Shown one piece after another: positions 10,794 through 20,785 of a DNA stretch of 36,851 nucleotides. The translations under genes and the position numbers were made by a program. Position 1 is the stretch's first letter. The number at the start of each line of letters is the position of its first letter. The notes beneath the pieces were generated by a model that was not told the DNA's origin, made no database searches, and worked only from the letters and a program-made list of their open reading frames with translations. The DNA comes from Candidatus Omnitrophota bacterium (GTDB taxonomy: Bacteria > Omnitrophota > Gorgyraeia > Gygaellales > Profunditerraquicolaceae): positions 1 to 36,851 of the forward strand of contig JAGVER010000015.1 in the NCBI GenBank assembly GCA_020058085.1, in the 5' to 3' direction.

Positions 10794-12185
10794 TTATGAA
10801 ACACCCCGTAAGATTATTTCTTCACCCAACTTTAATAATTTATTTGCCTGATTCAAGCTTTTTGCCTCGGCATAAGTACGCATAATCGGTTCAGTTCCTG
10901 AACCACGGAACATAAGCCAGCTTTCATCATCACAAATAAGCTTAATCCCATCATAATCTTTAACCTCAATCACTTTTTTACCCAATAGCTCTTTAGGTAG
11001 CGTTTCTTTCTTTGGCTCAACGCGGCGCGCAAGATGTAAATCCTGGCGCACGTAGTAATATTTACCGAACTTTTTCTCAGTTTCATTTAGAATCTTTAGA
11101 ATATTTTTGTTCCGGTAAACCATCATTTCGATCAAAAGCAATCCTGCCATTGTTCCGTCGCGTTCAGGTATATAGCCCTTAACTCCCATACCGCCTGCTT
11201 CTTCTCCTCCAGTAACGATATCCTCTGTCTCCATAAGATTAGAGATATATTTAAAACCTACCGGGGTTTCGTAAAGCTTAATCTTCAGGAATCTGGCGAT
11301 ATTATCCATCATCGTCGTGCCGCAGATTGTTTTTACTAAGCCCCCGGACCAGCCACGATCCTGATTTAAATGTAATGCTAAAAGCCCGAGTATTTTTTGC
11401 GGATGTATAAAAACTCCTCCGGGAGCAACCGCAGCAATCCTGTCCGCATCACCATCTAAGGCGATACCCAAATCAAATTTCTCTTTCCTTACACGCTCCT
11501 TTAGAACCTTTAAGTTCTCCTCTACTGGTTCAGGCCTTCCGCCATCAAAAGAAGGATTAATAGTATTATGGATAAACTCCAGTTTTATATTTGTGCCCTT
11601 TAAAACCTGCGCGATAAAGCTATCCCCCGAACCATACATAGAATCAACCAAGACTTTAAATCTCTTAGGCTTAATTTTTTTTAAATCAATATAATTACGG
11701 ATAAACTTAACATAATCTTTGATCAAATCTTTCTTCTCGGCTTCTAAAGATGAGGAATTCTTCTCTGCCACAGGATTCTTCCCTAAAAGAGCCTCAACTG
11801 CTTTAGTTATTTCAACTCCGGCCGCTCCACCCGAGGGCATCTTAATCTTAAAACCATTATACTCTGCTGGATTATGTGAAGCAGTAATCATAATCCCTAA
11901 ATCACACTTGTTATTTTTTACGGCAAGGCTTAATGCCGGAGTAGGCAGATAACGGTCTGATAAAATTACCTTATTGCCGTTATTTCCCAGAACTATAGCC
12001 GCAGCTTGCGCAAATTTTCCTGACATAAAACGCGTATCGTAGCCGATAGCCACTTTTTTTCCACTACCTAAATAATCAGCAACTGCTTGAGTAAGAATCC
12101 TAACATTCTCATAAGTATAAGAATCCGCTATGATTGCTCGCCATCCGTCTGTACCGAATTTAATCTCTGAAAATGATTCACCCAT
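10794..12185 (-). CDS. Phosphoglucomutase/phosphomannomutase family protein
   Basis: FGTDGWR, TASHNP phosphoserine loop, DGDADR metal loop, GGEE, RGSGTEP. Confidence 0.93.
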   Translation of the reverse strand: MGESFSEIKFGTDGWRAIIADSYTYENVRILTQAVADYLGSGKKVAIGYDTRFMSGKFAQAAAIVLGNNGNKVILSDRYLPTPALSLAVKNNKCDLGIMITASHNPAEYNGFKIKMPSGGAAGVEITKAVEALLGKNPVAEKNSSSLEAEKKDLIKDYVKFIRNYIDLKKIKPKRFKVLVDSMYGSGDSFIAQVLKGTNIKLEFIHNTINPSFDGGRPEPVEENLKVLKERVRKEKFDLGIALDGDADRIAAVAPGGVFIHPQKILGLLALHLNQDRGWSGGLVKTICGTTMMDNIARFLKIKLYETPVGFKYISNLMETEDIVTGGEEAGGMGVKGYIPERDGTMAGLLLIEMMVYRNKNILKILNETEKKFGKYYYVRQDLHLARRVEPKKETLPKELLGKKVIEVKDYDGIKLICDDESWLMFRGSGTEPIMRTYAEAKSLNQANKLLKLGEEIILRGVS

Positions 12186-12197
12186 TTATCTTTGCTC

Positions 12198-12848
12198 CTA
12201 TCTTAAGCTCTCTATTGCCTGTTTTGTATTTTTTGCCCCGAAAATATACGAACCGGCTGCTAAAATATTCGCCCCGGCCTCTCTTGCTAATTTTCCCGTA
12301 GCAGCATTAATCCCGCCGTCTACGGCAATATCCTTTTCAAAAATAGCTCGCAGCTGCTTTATCTTAGTCAGAGCAGATTTAATAAAGGCCTGCCCGCCAA
12401 AACCCGGGTTAACCGACATAACCAAAACAAAATCTACAAATTTTAAAGCCGGCTTGATCTTGCTAATCGGAGTTGCCGGATTTAAGGATACCCCAAATTT
12501 AATCCCCTTAGACTTTAAATTCCTATGCATCGCCTCAATTTCTTTAATTGAGGCAGTTTCAATATGCACGGTGATCATATCGCTGCCAGCTTGAACAAAG
12601 GCATTGATATATTGCTCCGGATCTTCAATCATAAGGTGCACATCCAAAGGAAGTGAGGTAGCTTTTCGCATATATTTTACCACTACTGGGCCGATAGTGA
12701 TATTAGGGACAAAATGTCCGTCCATAATATCCACGTGTAGCATATCCGCGCCCGCCCTCTCAACCCTTTTTATATCTTTAGCCAGAGAGCTAAAATCCGC
12801 GGATAATAACGACGGCGCGATCTTTACCTTAGGGGACATAAAAATCAT
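12198..12848 (-). CDS. rpe: Ribulose-phosphate 3-epimerase
   Basis: IAPSLLSADF, HVDIMDGHFVPN, DVHLM, MSVNPGFGGQ, VDGGI. Confidence 0.96.
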   Translation of the reverse strand: MIFMSPKVKIAPSLLSADFSSLAKDIKRVERAGADMLHVDIMDGHFVPNITIGPVVVKYMRKATSLPLDVHLMIEDPEQYINAFVQAGSDMITVHIETASIKEIEAMHRNLKSKGIKFGVSLNPATPISKIKPALKFVDFVLVMSVNPGFGGQAFIKSALTKIKQLRAIFEKDIAVDGGINAATGKLAREAGANILAAGSYIFGAKNTKQAIESLR

Positions 12849-13417
12849 CCTGTTTTATAAAGCTTGTTCTTGTTGATATAGTTATACACCGTTTCAGGTA
12901 CTAAATACCTGAAAGACTTATTTTCTTTGACACACTGACGCACTGAAAAACCTGAAATATCTACTGCTCTTATGCTCAATGTTTTAATATAAGCGGGGAT
13001 ATTCTCTAAAGGATATCCCGGGCGAGTAGCAGCGATAAATTTCACCATACTCATAATCTTATCCAAATCCTTCCACTCATCCAAATAAGTAAGCAGATCC
13101 GACCCGATAATAAAATACAACTCGTCCCGGGTATATTCTTCTTTCAACGCTCTTATCGTATCTATAGTATATGAGCGGCCTTCCCTTTTAATTTCTATAT
13201 CCGAGGCTACAAAATGTTTATTGCCTTTTATAGCGAGCTTAAGCATCTTAAGACGCGCCTGTGGATTAGCAATGTCAATATTATCTTTATGCGGTGGCAA
13301 GTTTGCCGGAATAAAAATAATCTTATCCAACCCCAACTTCTCCCGCGCTTCTTCTGCCAAGATCAGATGGCCGACATGAACCGGATTGAATGTCCCGCCT
13401 AGTATTCCTATTTTCAT
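12845..13417 (-). CDS. nadD: Nicotinate-nucleotide adenylyltransferase
   Basis: GGTFNPVHVGH, PPHK, SYTIDT, FIIGSD. Confidence 0.95.
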   Translation of the reverse strand: MKIGILGGTFNPVHVGHLILAEEAREKLGLDKIIFIPANLPPHKDNIDIANPQARLKMLKLAIKGNKHFVASDIEIKREGRSYTIDTIRALKEEYTRDELYFIIGSDLLTYLDEWKDLDKIMSMVKFIAATRPGYPLENIPAYIKTLSIRAVDISGFSVRQCVKENKSFRYLVPETVYNYINKNKLYKTG

Positions 13418-13436
13418 ATATTTTTAGGAAAAGTTC

Positions 13437-14690
13437 TTATTCCCTTATTTGTCCATTGCCAAAGATCGTATATTTATAAGTGGTTAACTCTTCCAAGGCC
13501 ACCGGCCCTCGCGCATGAAGCTTATCGGTGGAGATGCCTATTTCAGCGCCCATACCAAATTGATTTCCATCGGTAAAACGCGTTGAAGCATTTACATATA
13601 CACAGGCAGAATCAACTTTTTTTAGAAATTCTTTAGCATTCTTCTGATCATCAGTAACAATGCTGTCCGAATGATGCGAGCCGTATTTATTTATATGCGC
13701 GATTGCCTCATTAATTGTCTCTACTACTTTGACCGAAAGAATCAGATCTAAATACTCGGTATGATAATCTTTACCTGTTGCAAGCTTTATGCCACCTTTA
13801 GCGATCTTCTTAGTCATCGGGCAGCCGCGTAGCTCCACACCTGCTTCCCTAAATTTTTTTATCATCAACGGTAAGAATCTTACTGCGACATCACGATGGA
13901 CAAGCATACTCTCCATAGCATTACAGACTCCCGGCCGCTGAACCTTGGCGTTAAAACAAATTCTCTCTGCCATATTCAAATCCGCATAATCATCCACATA
14001 AACATGACAAATTCCTTTATAATGCTTAATTACCGGTATGCGCGAAAGGCTCATCACTCTCTTAATCAAATCCTCCCCGCCCCGAGGCATAACCAGGTCA
14101 ATGTAGTTATTGAGTTTAAGCAAAACATCTACTGCCTTCCTATCTTTAGTAGTGATTAAACTTACTACACCTTGCGGTAAATCATTGCTCTTGATCACTT
14201 CTTCTATTGTCCTAAAAATAGCGAGATTTGAATTCAAGGCCTCACTACCGCCACGCAAGATTACGCTATTACCTGACTTAAAACATAAACCGATACAATC
14301 TGCTGTGACATTAGGACGCGACTCATAAATAATAGCGATAACTCCTATAGGTACCCGTACTTTGTGAATTTTTAACCCTGAAGGTGAATCCCAAGATTTA
14401 ATCTCTTTCCCTACGGGATCATCGAGTTTAGCAACGTTTAAGAGACAATCAGCCATATCTTTGATTCTTCTCTCATCAAGAAGAAGCCGATCCATTAGTC
14501 TAGCGGGTAACTTTACTTTCTTGGCTAGAACTAAATCTTTTTTATTGGCCTTTAGGATCACACCTGAATTCTCAATCAAAGCATGAGCCATCTCCTCTAG
14601 TATTTTGTTCTTTTCTAGAGAGCTAAGGCCGGCTAGAACCCCTGCAGCACTAGCTGCATTTTTAGCAATATTTATAATTCGCTCTTTCAT
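13437..14690 (-). CDS. proA: Gamma-glutamyl phosphate reductase
   Basis: PIGVIAIIYESRPNVT, LRGGSEA, CNAME, NASTRFTDG, GISTDKLHARGP. Confidence 0.96.
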   Translation of the reverse strand: MKERIINIAKNAASAAGVLAGLSSLEKNKILEEMAHALIENSGVILKANKKDLVLAKKVKLPARLMDRLLLDERRIKDMADCLLNVAKLDDPVGKEIKSWDSPSGLKIHKVRVPIGVIAIIYESRPNVTADCIGLCFKSGNSVILRGGSEALNSNLAIFRTIEEVIKSNDLPQGVVSLITTKDRKAVDVLLKLNNYIDLVMPRGGEDLIKRVMSLSRIPVIKHYKGICHVYVDDYADLNMAERICFNAKVQRPGVCNAMESMLVHRDVAVRFLPLMIKKFREAGVELRGCPMTKKIAKGGIKLATGKDYHTEYLDLILSVKVVETINEAIAHINKYGSHHSDSIVTDDQKNAKEFLKKVDSACVYVNASTRFTDGNQFGMGAEIGISTDKLHARGPVALEELTTYKYTIFGNGQIRE

Positions 14691-15802
14691 AATATTACGA
14701 TATTGTCGCGATGGACAATTTCTTTAGCGAAACGGCTCCCTTTTGTTTTATCCAGCTCTTTGGCCGAAAGAGCAGACTTACCGCGAGCAAACTCAATATT
14801 TTTATTATCACAAATACAAACAATGTCTCCTGCGGAAAAATTTCCTACACAAGATACTATTCCCACCGCAAGCAAGCTCTTTTTATCTACTAAGGCTTTC
14901 TTTGCTCCTTCATCAACAGAGATACTCCCCTTAGGCCTCGTGCTAAAGGCCATCCAGCGTTTTTTAGCATCTAACAAATCTCCTTTAGCTAAAAAGATTG
15001 TCCCGCTGCCTAGAGGATTATTTATTACAGAATTAATAATATCTTTTTTTCTTCCGTTAGCGATAACACAAGGGATCCCTGAATCAGCACTAATACGCGC
15101 TGCCTCAATCTTAGTAACCATTCCTCCTACGCAAGCCTTCTTGCTCGTCGGACAGGCTAAAGATTTTATTGCAGGCGTAATCTTATCTATCACTTTTATA
15201 ACTTTTTTCTCACGATCCATCAGGCCATCGACATCAGAGAGCATAATCAAAATATCGGCCCCGACTAATATAGAGACTAAAGCTGAAAGACGGTCATTAT
15301 CCCCGAATTTAATCTCTTCAGTGGAAACAGTATCATTCTCATTTATAATCGGAACGCACTTTAATTTAAGCAGGGTATTTATAGTATTCCTAGCATTAAG
15401 ATAGCGCGCCCGATTAGAAAAATCATCCCAAGTTAAAAGCAACTGCGCGCAATTGAGCGACTCTTCTTTTAAGAATCTACGATATGCGCTCATTAACTCA
15501 TGCTGGCCTATGGCAGCGGCTGCCTGCAAAAAACTCAAATCCTTAGGCCTCTTCTCTAATTTTAATATCGACATGCCTAGGGCGATAGCGCCCGAAGAGA
15601 CCAGAATAACTTCCTTGCCGTCTTTAATCAATCCGGCTATTTGAGAGGTAAAGCTACTAATTAAGTTAGTGTCGAGCTTCTCCCTATCAGAATGGAATAA
15701 GCTTGAACCGATCTTAACCACTATTCTTTTATACTTTCGTGTCCGCGAAAGTATTTCATTTGAGAAGTTCTGGGAAACTTTATATTTTTTCTGCGACTGC
15801 AT
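14687..15802 (-). CDS. proB: Glutamate 5-kinase with PUA domain; repeat-derived N-terminal extension
   Basis: VVKIGSS, VSSGAIA, INENDTV, FGDNDRLSA, GGMVTK, HRDN; overlaps obgE 3' end. Confidence 0.95.
   Translation of the reverse strand: MQSQKKYKVSQNFSNEILSRTRKYKRIVVKIGSSLFHSDREKLDTNLISSFTSQIAGLIKDGKEVILVSSGAIALGMSILKLEKRPKDLSFLQAAAAIGQHELMSAYRRFLKEESLNCAQLLLTWDDFSNRARYLNARNTINTLLKLKCVPIINENDTVSTEEIKFGDNDRLSALVSILVGADILIMLSDVDGLMDREKKVIKVIDKITPAIKSLACPTSKKACVGGMVTKIEAARISADSGIPCVIANGRKKDIINSVINNPLGSGTIFLAKGDLLDAKKRWMAFSTRPKGSISVDEGAKKALVDKKSLLAVGIVSCVGNFSAGDIVCICDNKNIEFARGKSALSAKELDKTKGSRFAKEIVHRDNIVIL
15729..15783. repeat. Minimal degenerate copy of the ATACTTTCG...AGTATTTCATTT element within the proB 5' coding region
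   Basis: TTATACTTTCG-TGTCCG-CGAAAGTATTTCATTT...GAAACTTTAT matches 21133-21230 and the ends of 31504-31612. Confidence 0.65.
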
Positions 15803-16748
15803 CAATTAGCTCCTCTAACCCTTGCTTTTTCAAAGCTGAAATAGGATAGGCTTCTTTCTTAATCAATTTCTTAAAACGCTTCAGGTTCTCTTTTGCTCCT
15901 TCTAAATCAATTTTATTTAAAGCAATGATCTGAATTTTCTTGGCGACATCTTTACTGTAATTTTTTAATTCCTGATTAATAGCTTTATAATCTTCAACCG
16001 GATCTCTTCCTTCAAAACCGGAAATATCCACTACATGAATCAGAATCTTGGTGCGTTCAACATGCCTTAGAAATTTATCCCCTAATCCCTTGCCCTCTGA
16101 GGAACCTTCAATAAGGCCGGGAATGTCAGCAATAACAAAATTATTCTCATCGCGTTTAACTACCCCAAGAATAGGAAATTTAGTAGTAAAAGGGTATGCG
16201 GCGATCTTTGGCTGCGCGTTAGAAACATTGGATATCAAGGTAGATTTTCCAGCATTAGGAAACCCCACCAATCCCACTTCGGCAATAAGTTTAAGGTCAA
16301 GGGTAAGTTCTTTTTCCTCACCCGGCTCTCCAGGCATAGCTTCAGCATTAGGGCTATGAATATTGCCCAAGCCGCCCTTTCCGCCGAGAGCGACAATAAC
16401 CTGCTCGCCTTCTTCCTTTAAATCACGCAAAACACAGCCACTTTTTAAATCAGTAACAATTGTGCCTACAGGAACCCTAATAACCACAGGCTCCCCATCC
16501 CTACCTCTTTTTTTATTACTTGAGGCATGTCCCCCATGGACCGCGCGAAAATGGCGATTATAATGAAAATCCATGAGCGTAAAAATATTCCTGTCCGCAA
16601 GAAGTACTATATCCGCGCCTCTACCGCCGTCTCCGCCGTCAGGCTTGGCAAAACGCATGTACTTATCGCGATAAAGGCTGGCACAGCCCCTTCCGCCATC
16701 CCCTGCCTTGACAAAAATCTTTGCCTGATCTACAAAAGCAATTCCCAA
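15780..16748 (-). CDS. obgE: GTPase ObgE/CgtA
   Basis: FVDQAKI, glycine-rich Obg fold, GFPNAGKST, YPFTT, DIPGLIEG, NKID. Confidence 0.96.
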   Translation of the reverse strand: MGIAFVDQAKIFVKAGDGGRGCASLYRDKYMRFAKPDGGDGGRGADIVLLADRNIFTLMDFHYNRHFRAVHGGHASSNKKRGRDGEPVVIRVPVGTIVTDLKSGCVLRDLKEEGEQVIVALGGKGGLGNIHSPNAEAMPGEPGEEKELTLDLKLIAEVGLVGFPNAGKSTLISNVSNAQPKIAAYPFTTKFPILGVVKRDENNFVIADIPGLIEGSSEGKGLGDKFLRHVERTKILIHVVDISGFEGRDPVEDYKAINQELKNYSKDVAKKIQIIALNKIDLEGAKENLKRFKKLIKKEAYPISALKKQGLEELIDAVAEKI

Positions 16749-16749
16749 T

Positions 16750-17067
16750 TTAACTTCCCGACAAAATATCTTTTATCTTAATCTGGGTCAGCTTAACGCG
16801 GTGCCCTTTTGTCCAATGTGATGATTTACGACGGCGATACTTATAAGAGATGGTTTTTGCGCCCTTAACCTGGGCGATAACTTCGGCATTTATTTTGACA
16901 TCCTTTAAATAAGGCTGGCCCACTTCAACTTTCTTATCTTTAGAAAGTAAAAGTACCTTATCTATTGCGATATCCTTGCCTTCTTTGACATCCTGCTTAT
17001 CTACCTCAAGAATATCGCCCTTTTTTACATTGTACTGCTTTGCCCCAATTTCAATTATGGCATACAT
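16750..17067 (-). CDS. rplU: 50S ribosomal protein L21
   Basis: MYAIIEIGAKQY, VGQPY, KYRRRK, GHR; GGAG RBS upstream. Confidence 0.95.
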   Translation of the reverse strand: MYAIIEIGAKQYNVKKGDILEVDKQDVKEGKDIAIDKVLLLSKDKKVEVGQPYLKDVKINAEVIAQVKGAKTISYKYRRRKSSHWTKGHRVKLTQIKIKDILSGS

Positions 17068-17083
17068 TTTTACCGCTCCTTTT

Positions 17084-17245
17084 AATGAGCACTTAACTTA
17101 CGAACAGGAAAGTGTGAGTAAATTAAGTACTAATTTAATGAGGCCCAAACTTACGGAACGTAAGTGAACGTAAGTTTGTTGGCCGAATTCAATGAACACT
17201 TGACTTACGAATACGCAAGTATGAGTAAGTCAATGTGTGAACTGA
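17084..17245 (+). repeat. Three tandem 53-54-nt hairpin units with GNRA loops and tandem GA pairs
   Basis: AATGA at 17084/17137/17191 and ACTTACG at 17096/17149/17203; each unit is self-complementary. Confidence 0.75.
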
Positions 17246-17316
17246 TCCCGCACCATAGCTATCAAAAAGTTTATTGCGGGATCGATCATACAGCTGGTTA
17301 GAAATTAAGAGGAATT

Positions 17317-17345
17317 ATTATACACTACCGGCCTTATGGGGTCAA
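17317..17345 (-). promoter_or_regulatory. Sigma70-type promoter for the rplU-obgE operon
   Basis: TTGACC-17 nt-TATAAT on the minus strand. Confidence 0.7.
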
Positions 17346-18784
17346 GCTATCTTTATCTCTTCAATATGAAGGGTAGGATTAGAGACAAGGTTAATTTTAA
17401 CCTTAAACTTATACTCAATTGTCTTTAAATCTTCTTTGTTCTTCAAGATTTCATCAATGATTGAAGGTGACACGGTAAGGTTGACTTCCTTTAAAACCTT
17501 CCCTTTTAAGAATCGTTTGAGCTCTTTTAAAGCATAAATTGCTATAGTCATAGGAGACTTAACTTTGCCCCTACCACCGCAATAAGGACAGAGTTGATAT
17601 GAAAGCATCTGCACCGTTTTATGAATCCGCTCGCGGGTCATCTCTACCACGCCAAATTTAGAGATACCCAGAATATCGTATTTTGCCCGGTCATTACTTA
17701 ATGCTTTTTTAAGCGTACTTAGAACTTCCCGACGGTGATTTTCCTTTTCCATATCAATAAAGTCGATCACGATTATCCCGCCTAAATCGCGTAAAATTAG
17801 CTGCCTTGCCGCTTCCTGAGCCGCTTCGCAGTTTACCTTAAAAGCAGTCTCCTCCTGACTAAATTTTTTCTTGAATCCGCCGCTGTTTACATCAATAACT
17901 ACTAAGCCTTCCGTAGGTTCAATTACCAGATATGCCTTTGACTTTAAATAAACCCTACTTTCGTATATACGGCTAATCTGTTTTTCTATATCTTTTTCCG
18001 CAAATAACTCATCTCCGCGGTAAAACTCTACCTTTTTAGCAAGATAGCTTAAAAATGTACGCATAAAATGCTGGATGCGGTAAAACTCAGGTTTAGAGTC
18101 AACTAAAAGCTTAGAAACATCCTCGGTAAATGAATCACGGATTGCCCTTAATGTAAGATCGTATTCTTCGTAAATTAGACTGGGCGCTTTTTTCTGTCCA
18201 ATGGTCCTCTCGAGCCTTTTCCATAATTTATAGAGGAATTGGGCATCGCGCATTAATTCCTGCTTAGACTTATCACAAGCAGCAGTGCGCACGATAAAAC
18301 CAACATCTTTAGGAAGTTTTAAATCGTTAAATATCTGGCGCAGCCGCTTTCTCTCAACCTCATCTTCAATCCTGCGCGATATACCCACCTGTTTATCCTG
18401 AGGCATAATTACAAGATACCGTCCAGCTAAACCAATGTGCGTAGAGAGGCGCGGGCCCTTAGTTCCAAAAGACTCCTTAACAACTTGGACTAAGACTTCT
18501 TGGCCTTTCTTAATCTCCTTAGGGGCTTGAGCCTTAGGCGTATCCACAGATTCAAAAGCAAACTCTATCTCTGATAAATAAAGAAAACCCTTCTTAACTA
18601 AACCTATATCCACAAACGCGGCTCCTAAAGAAGGCAAAACCGCATCAATTCTCCCCTTATAAATATTTCCTACGATAGTCCTATCCTGCGGACGCTCAAT
18701 ATAATATTCCTGAAGCTGACCTTCAGAGACTATCGCAACACGCTTCTCTTGAGGTTCTACATTAATTAAAATTTCCCTGGACAT
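17342..18784 (-). CDS. rng: Ribonuclease G/E family (Rne/Rng)
   Basis: GNIYKGRI, AAFVDIG, IEPTEGLVVIDVNSG, RDLGGIIVIDFIDM, CPYCGGRG. Confidence 0.92.
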   Translation of the reverse strand: MSREILINVEPQEKRVAIVSEGQLQEYYIERPQDRTIVGNIYKGRIDAVLPSLGAAFVDIGLVKKGFLYLSEIEFAFESVDTPKAQAPKEIKKGQEVLVQVVKESFGTKGPRLSTHIGLAGRYLVIMPQDKQVGISRRIEDEVERKRLRQIFNDLKLPKDVGFIVRTAACDKSKQELMRDAQFLYKLWKRLERTIGQKKAPSLIYEEYDLTLRAIRDSFTEDVSKLLVDSKPEFYRIQHFMRTFLSYLAKKVEFYRGDELFAEKDIEKQISRIYESRVYLKSKAYLVIEPTEGLVVIDVNSGGFKKKFSQEETAFKVNCEAAQEAARQLILRDLGGIIVIDFIDMEKENHRREVLSTLKKALSNDRAKYDILGISKFGVVEMTRERIHKTVQMLSYQLCPYCGGRGKVKSPMTIAIYALKELKRFLKGKVLKEVNLTVSPSIIDEILKNKEDLKTIEYKFKVKINLVSNPTLHIEEIKIA

Positions 18785-19067
18785 CTTTTATTCTAATCCC
18801 TTCTGGTAGTTGCGGCTGAAGTTTATCTCTGAATTCTTCCGGAGAGACTGGAAACCTTAAGGCAATGGCCGCTTCTTCATGCTCGCTCTCTAGTCCTAAT
18901 TTTAAAGCTCTTTTTAAGCTAAGCTTTGGATGCGGAGAAAAACCCTCGGACAATTTAAGCGGTAGATCTGCCCTGCGCATCGCGCGCATGAATAAACGCA
19001 TCAAATCTAAATGCGAAATATACTTCATCATCCCAACTTTAGTAAAAACAAAATTTATCCTATACAC
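18762..19067 (-). CDS. Radical SAM-linked protein (DUF2344/TIGR03936-like), short form
   Basis: KYISHLDLMR, SEGFSPHPKLS, ALKLGLESE, LPEGI. Confidence 0.8.
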   Translation of the reverse strand: MYRINFVFTKVGMMKYISHLDLMRLFMRAMRRADLPLKLSEGFSPHPKLSLKRALKLGLESEHEEAAIALRFPVSPEEFRDKLQPQLPEGIRIKDVQGNFN

Positions 19068-20785
19068 TACTTTTTCTTTTTATCCGCAGGCTCAGCCCTT
19101 AATTCTATCTTTTGATCTAAGCGTTTCTCTAATCTCGCCAACTCTTGAGGGGTCAATTCGCCTTCTTGAATTATGCGGGCTTTAATAAAAATCAAGAGGT
19201 CAATTTTCTGCGTATCATTTGTCTCGCGGCCAAAGAATTTTCCAACCCAAGGTAATTTGCTAATAAAAGGAATCCCGATAAACTCTTTGCCCTTAACATC
19301 CTTTAGCAACCCACCGATAACCACCGTCTCACCGTCTCTAAGTAAAACTTGAGTCTGGGCTTCGCGCACATCAATAATCGGATATTTTGTCTCGGTAGTA
19401 GATTTAGTAGATCCAGTACCAGCTGTAGATGTAGCTGTAACATTAGAACTAGAAGAAGTGATGCTAGGATGAATAATCATATTAATATAGCCTTCTTCGC
19501 TTATCTGGGGCACAACATTTAATCTAATACCTATCTCCTGATAATAATCTAGAGTCTGGGTAACTGTTGCTCCAGATCCGGTATCTGTACCTGCAGTAAC
19601 CGTAGATCCAAGTATGGGAGTATGATACCCAACCAACATAGAGGCTTCCTGGTTATCAAGAGTAAGGATGCTTGGCGCAGATAATGTATTTGTATCAGCA
19701 TTATCCTCTAAGGCATGTATAACTGCCTCAAACTTAGTACCGGTCAATTTCTGAAAGACAAATTCAGCGCCTGCATTATAAGGCTCATACCCTAAAATTC
19801 CGGTTGATGATGGCCCGAATAAAGACGGAGTCAGAGCTGAACCAATAGTACCTCCATGCCCTCCTATTTCCTTTCCGGAAGCAACATCCTGCATGGTAAT
19901 TGTATTGGTTCTTGCAGTATTATTGCCTCCTAACCCCCAATCAAAACCAATATCTCTTAACTTATTACGATTAACCTCTATAATCTTTGTTTCAATAAGG
20001 ACTTGTTTTGGCTTCACATCAATCTTAGGCAATATTTCAGTGCGGATCCTATCTAAAAAACTAATAGTGTCGGTAACAATGAGCATTTTAGATTTTACCG
20101 AAGGGTCAAATTCCGCTTTTTTCATTACTGCCTCGCCCGTAGCGCTTTTTTCATATGAGACAGTCTCTGATTTTGCGGCTCCCGCGTTTTCTCTTGCTAG
20201 GGCTGCGCTAGTGTTTCCCGTATCCTTACCTATCTTAAATGTGCCGAATTGCCAACCCTTTTGGCCGCGGGCATAAAGAACCGAGGTTTTGCCGCGCGGA
20301 GAAAGTAATGGTATGATGATCTTTTGCGCATCCTGCGCGTCAAGAAACTTTAAGGTAAAAATCTCTGTTTGAAGCGGCTCCTCGGATGCGATCTTGGCAA
20401 CATTCTCTATCTTGGTAACAAGAATAATATTTCCTTGTTTCTGATAGCCAAAACCATAAGTCTTTAAAATTACATCTAGAGCCCTTTCCCAAGGCACATC
20501 AACCATCCTAATGGTAACATTGCCAAGTACATCCGGAGTTGTCACAATATTGGTCCCTGCCTTTAAAGAGATAATCTTCAGGACATTATGAATATCTGCT
20601 TCGTTAAAATCCAAGGTCACGTTTTCGCTGGTACTTAAATTATTTTCGGCTGAACTCTTTATTACCTGCTGCACCGGCTGAATTTCTACCACCTCTAGCG
20701 GCAAAGTCTGCTCCTCCGCTATTACCGAAATAAAAGAGATAAATATTAGTACCGCGCAAGAGCTTAATATTTTTTTAACAATCAT
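19067..20785 (-). CDS. pilQ: Type IV pilus secretin
   Basis: Signal peptide, VTLDFNEADI, VPWERALD, KQVLIETKIIEV, APSILTLDNQEA, DGETVVIGGL, IPFISKLP. Confidence 0.88.
   Translation of the reverse strand: MIVKKILSSCAVLIFISFISVIAEEQTLPLEVVEIQPVQQVIKSSAENNLSTSENVTLDFNEADIHNVLKIISLKAGTNIVTTPDVLGNVTIRMVDVPWERALDVILKTYGFGYQKQGNIILVTKIENVAKIASEEPLQTEIFTLKFLDAQDAQKIIIPLLSPRGKTSVLYARGQKGWQFGTFKIGKDTGNTSAALARENAGAAKSETVSYEKSATGEAVMKKAEFDPSVKSKMLIVTDTISFLDRIRTEILPKIDVKPKQVLIETKIIEVNRNKLRDIGFDWGLGGNNTARTNTITMQDVASGKEIGGHGGTIGSALTPSLFGPSSTGILGYEPYNAGAEFVFQKLTGTKFEAVIHALEDNADTNTLSAPSILTLDNQEASMLVGYHTPILGSTVTAGTDTGSGATVTQTLDYYQEIGIRLNVVPQISEEGYINMIIHPSITSSSSNVTATSTAGTGSTKSTTETKYPIIDVREAQTQVLLRDGETVVIGGLLKDVKGKEFIGIPFISKLPWVGKFFGRETNDTQKIDLLIFIKARIIQEGELTPQELARLEKRLDQKIELRAEPADKKKK

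Noticed and set aside
14703-15404. 233-aa plus-strand ORF
   Set aside because: Antisense shadow of proB with no recognisable motifs
17084-17245. Possible CRISPR array or small ORF in the rplU leader
   Set aside because: Units are degenerate full-length hairpins without constant repeat plus unique spacer; no cas genes; ORF 16976-17167 is antisense to rplU
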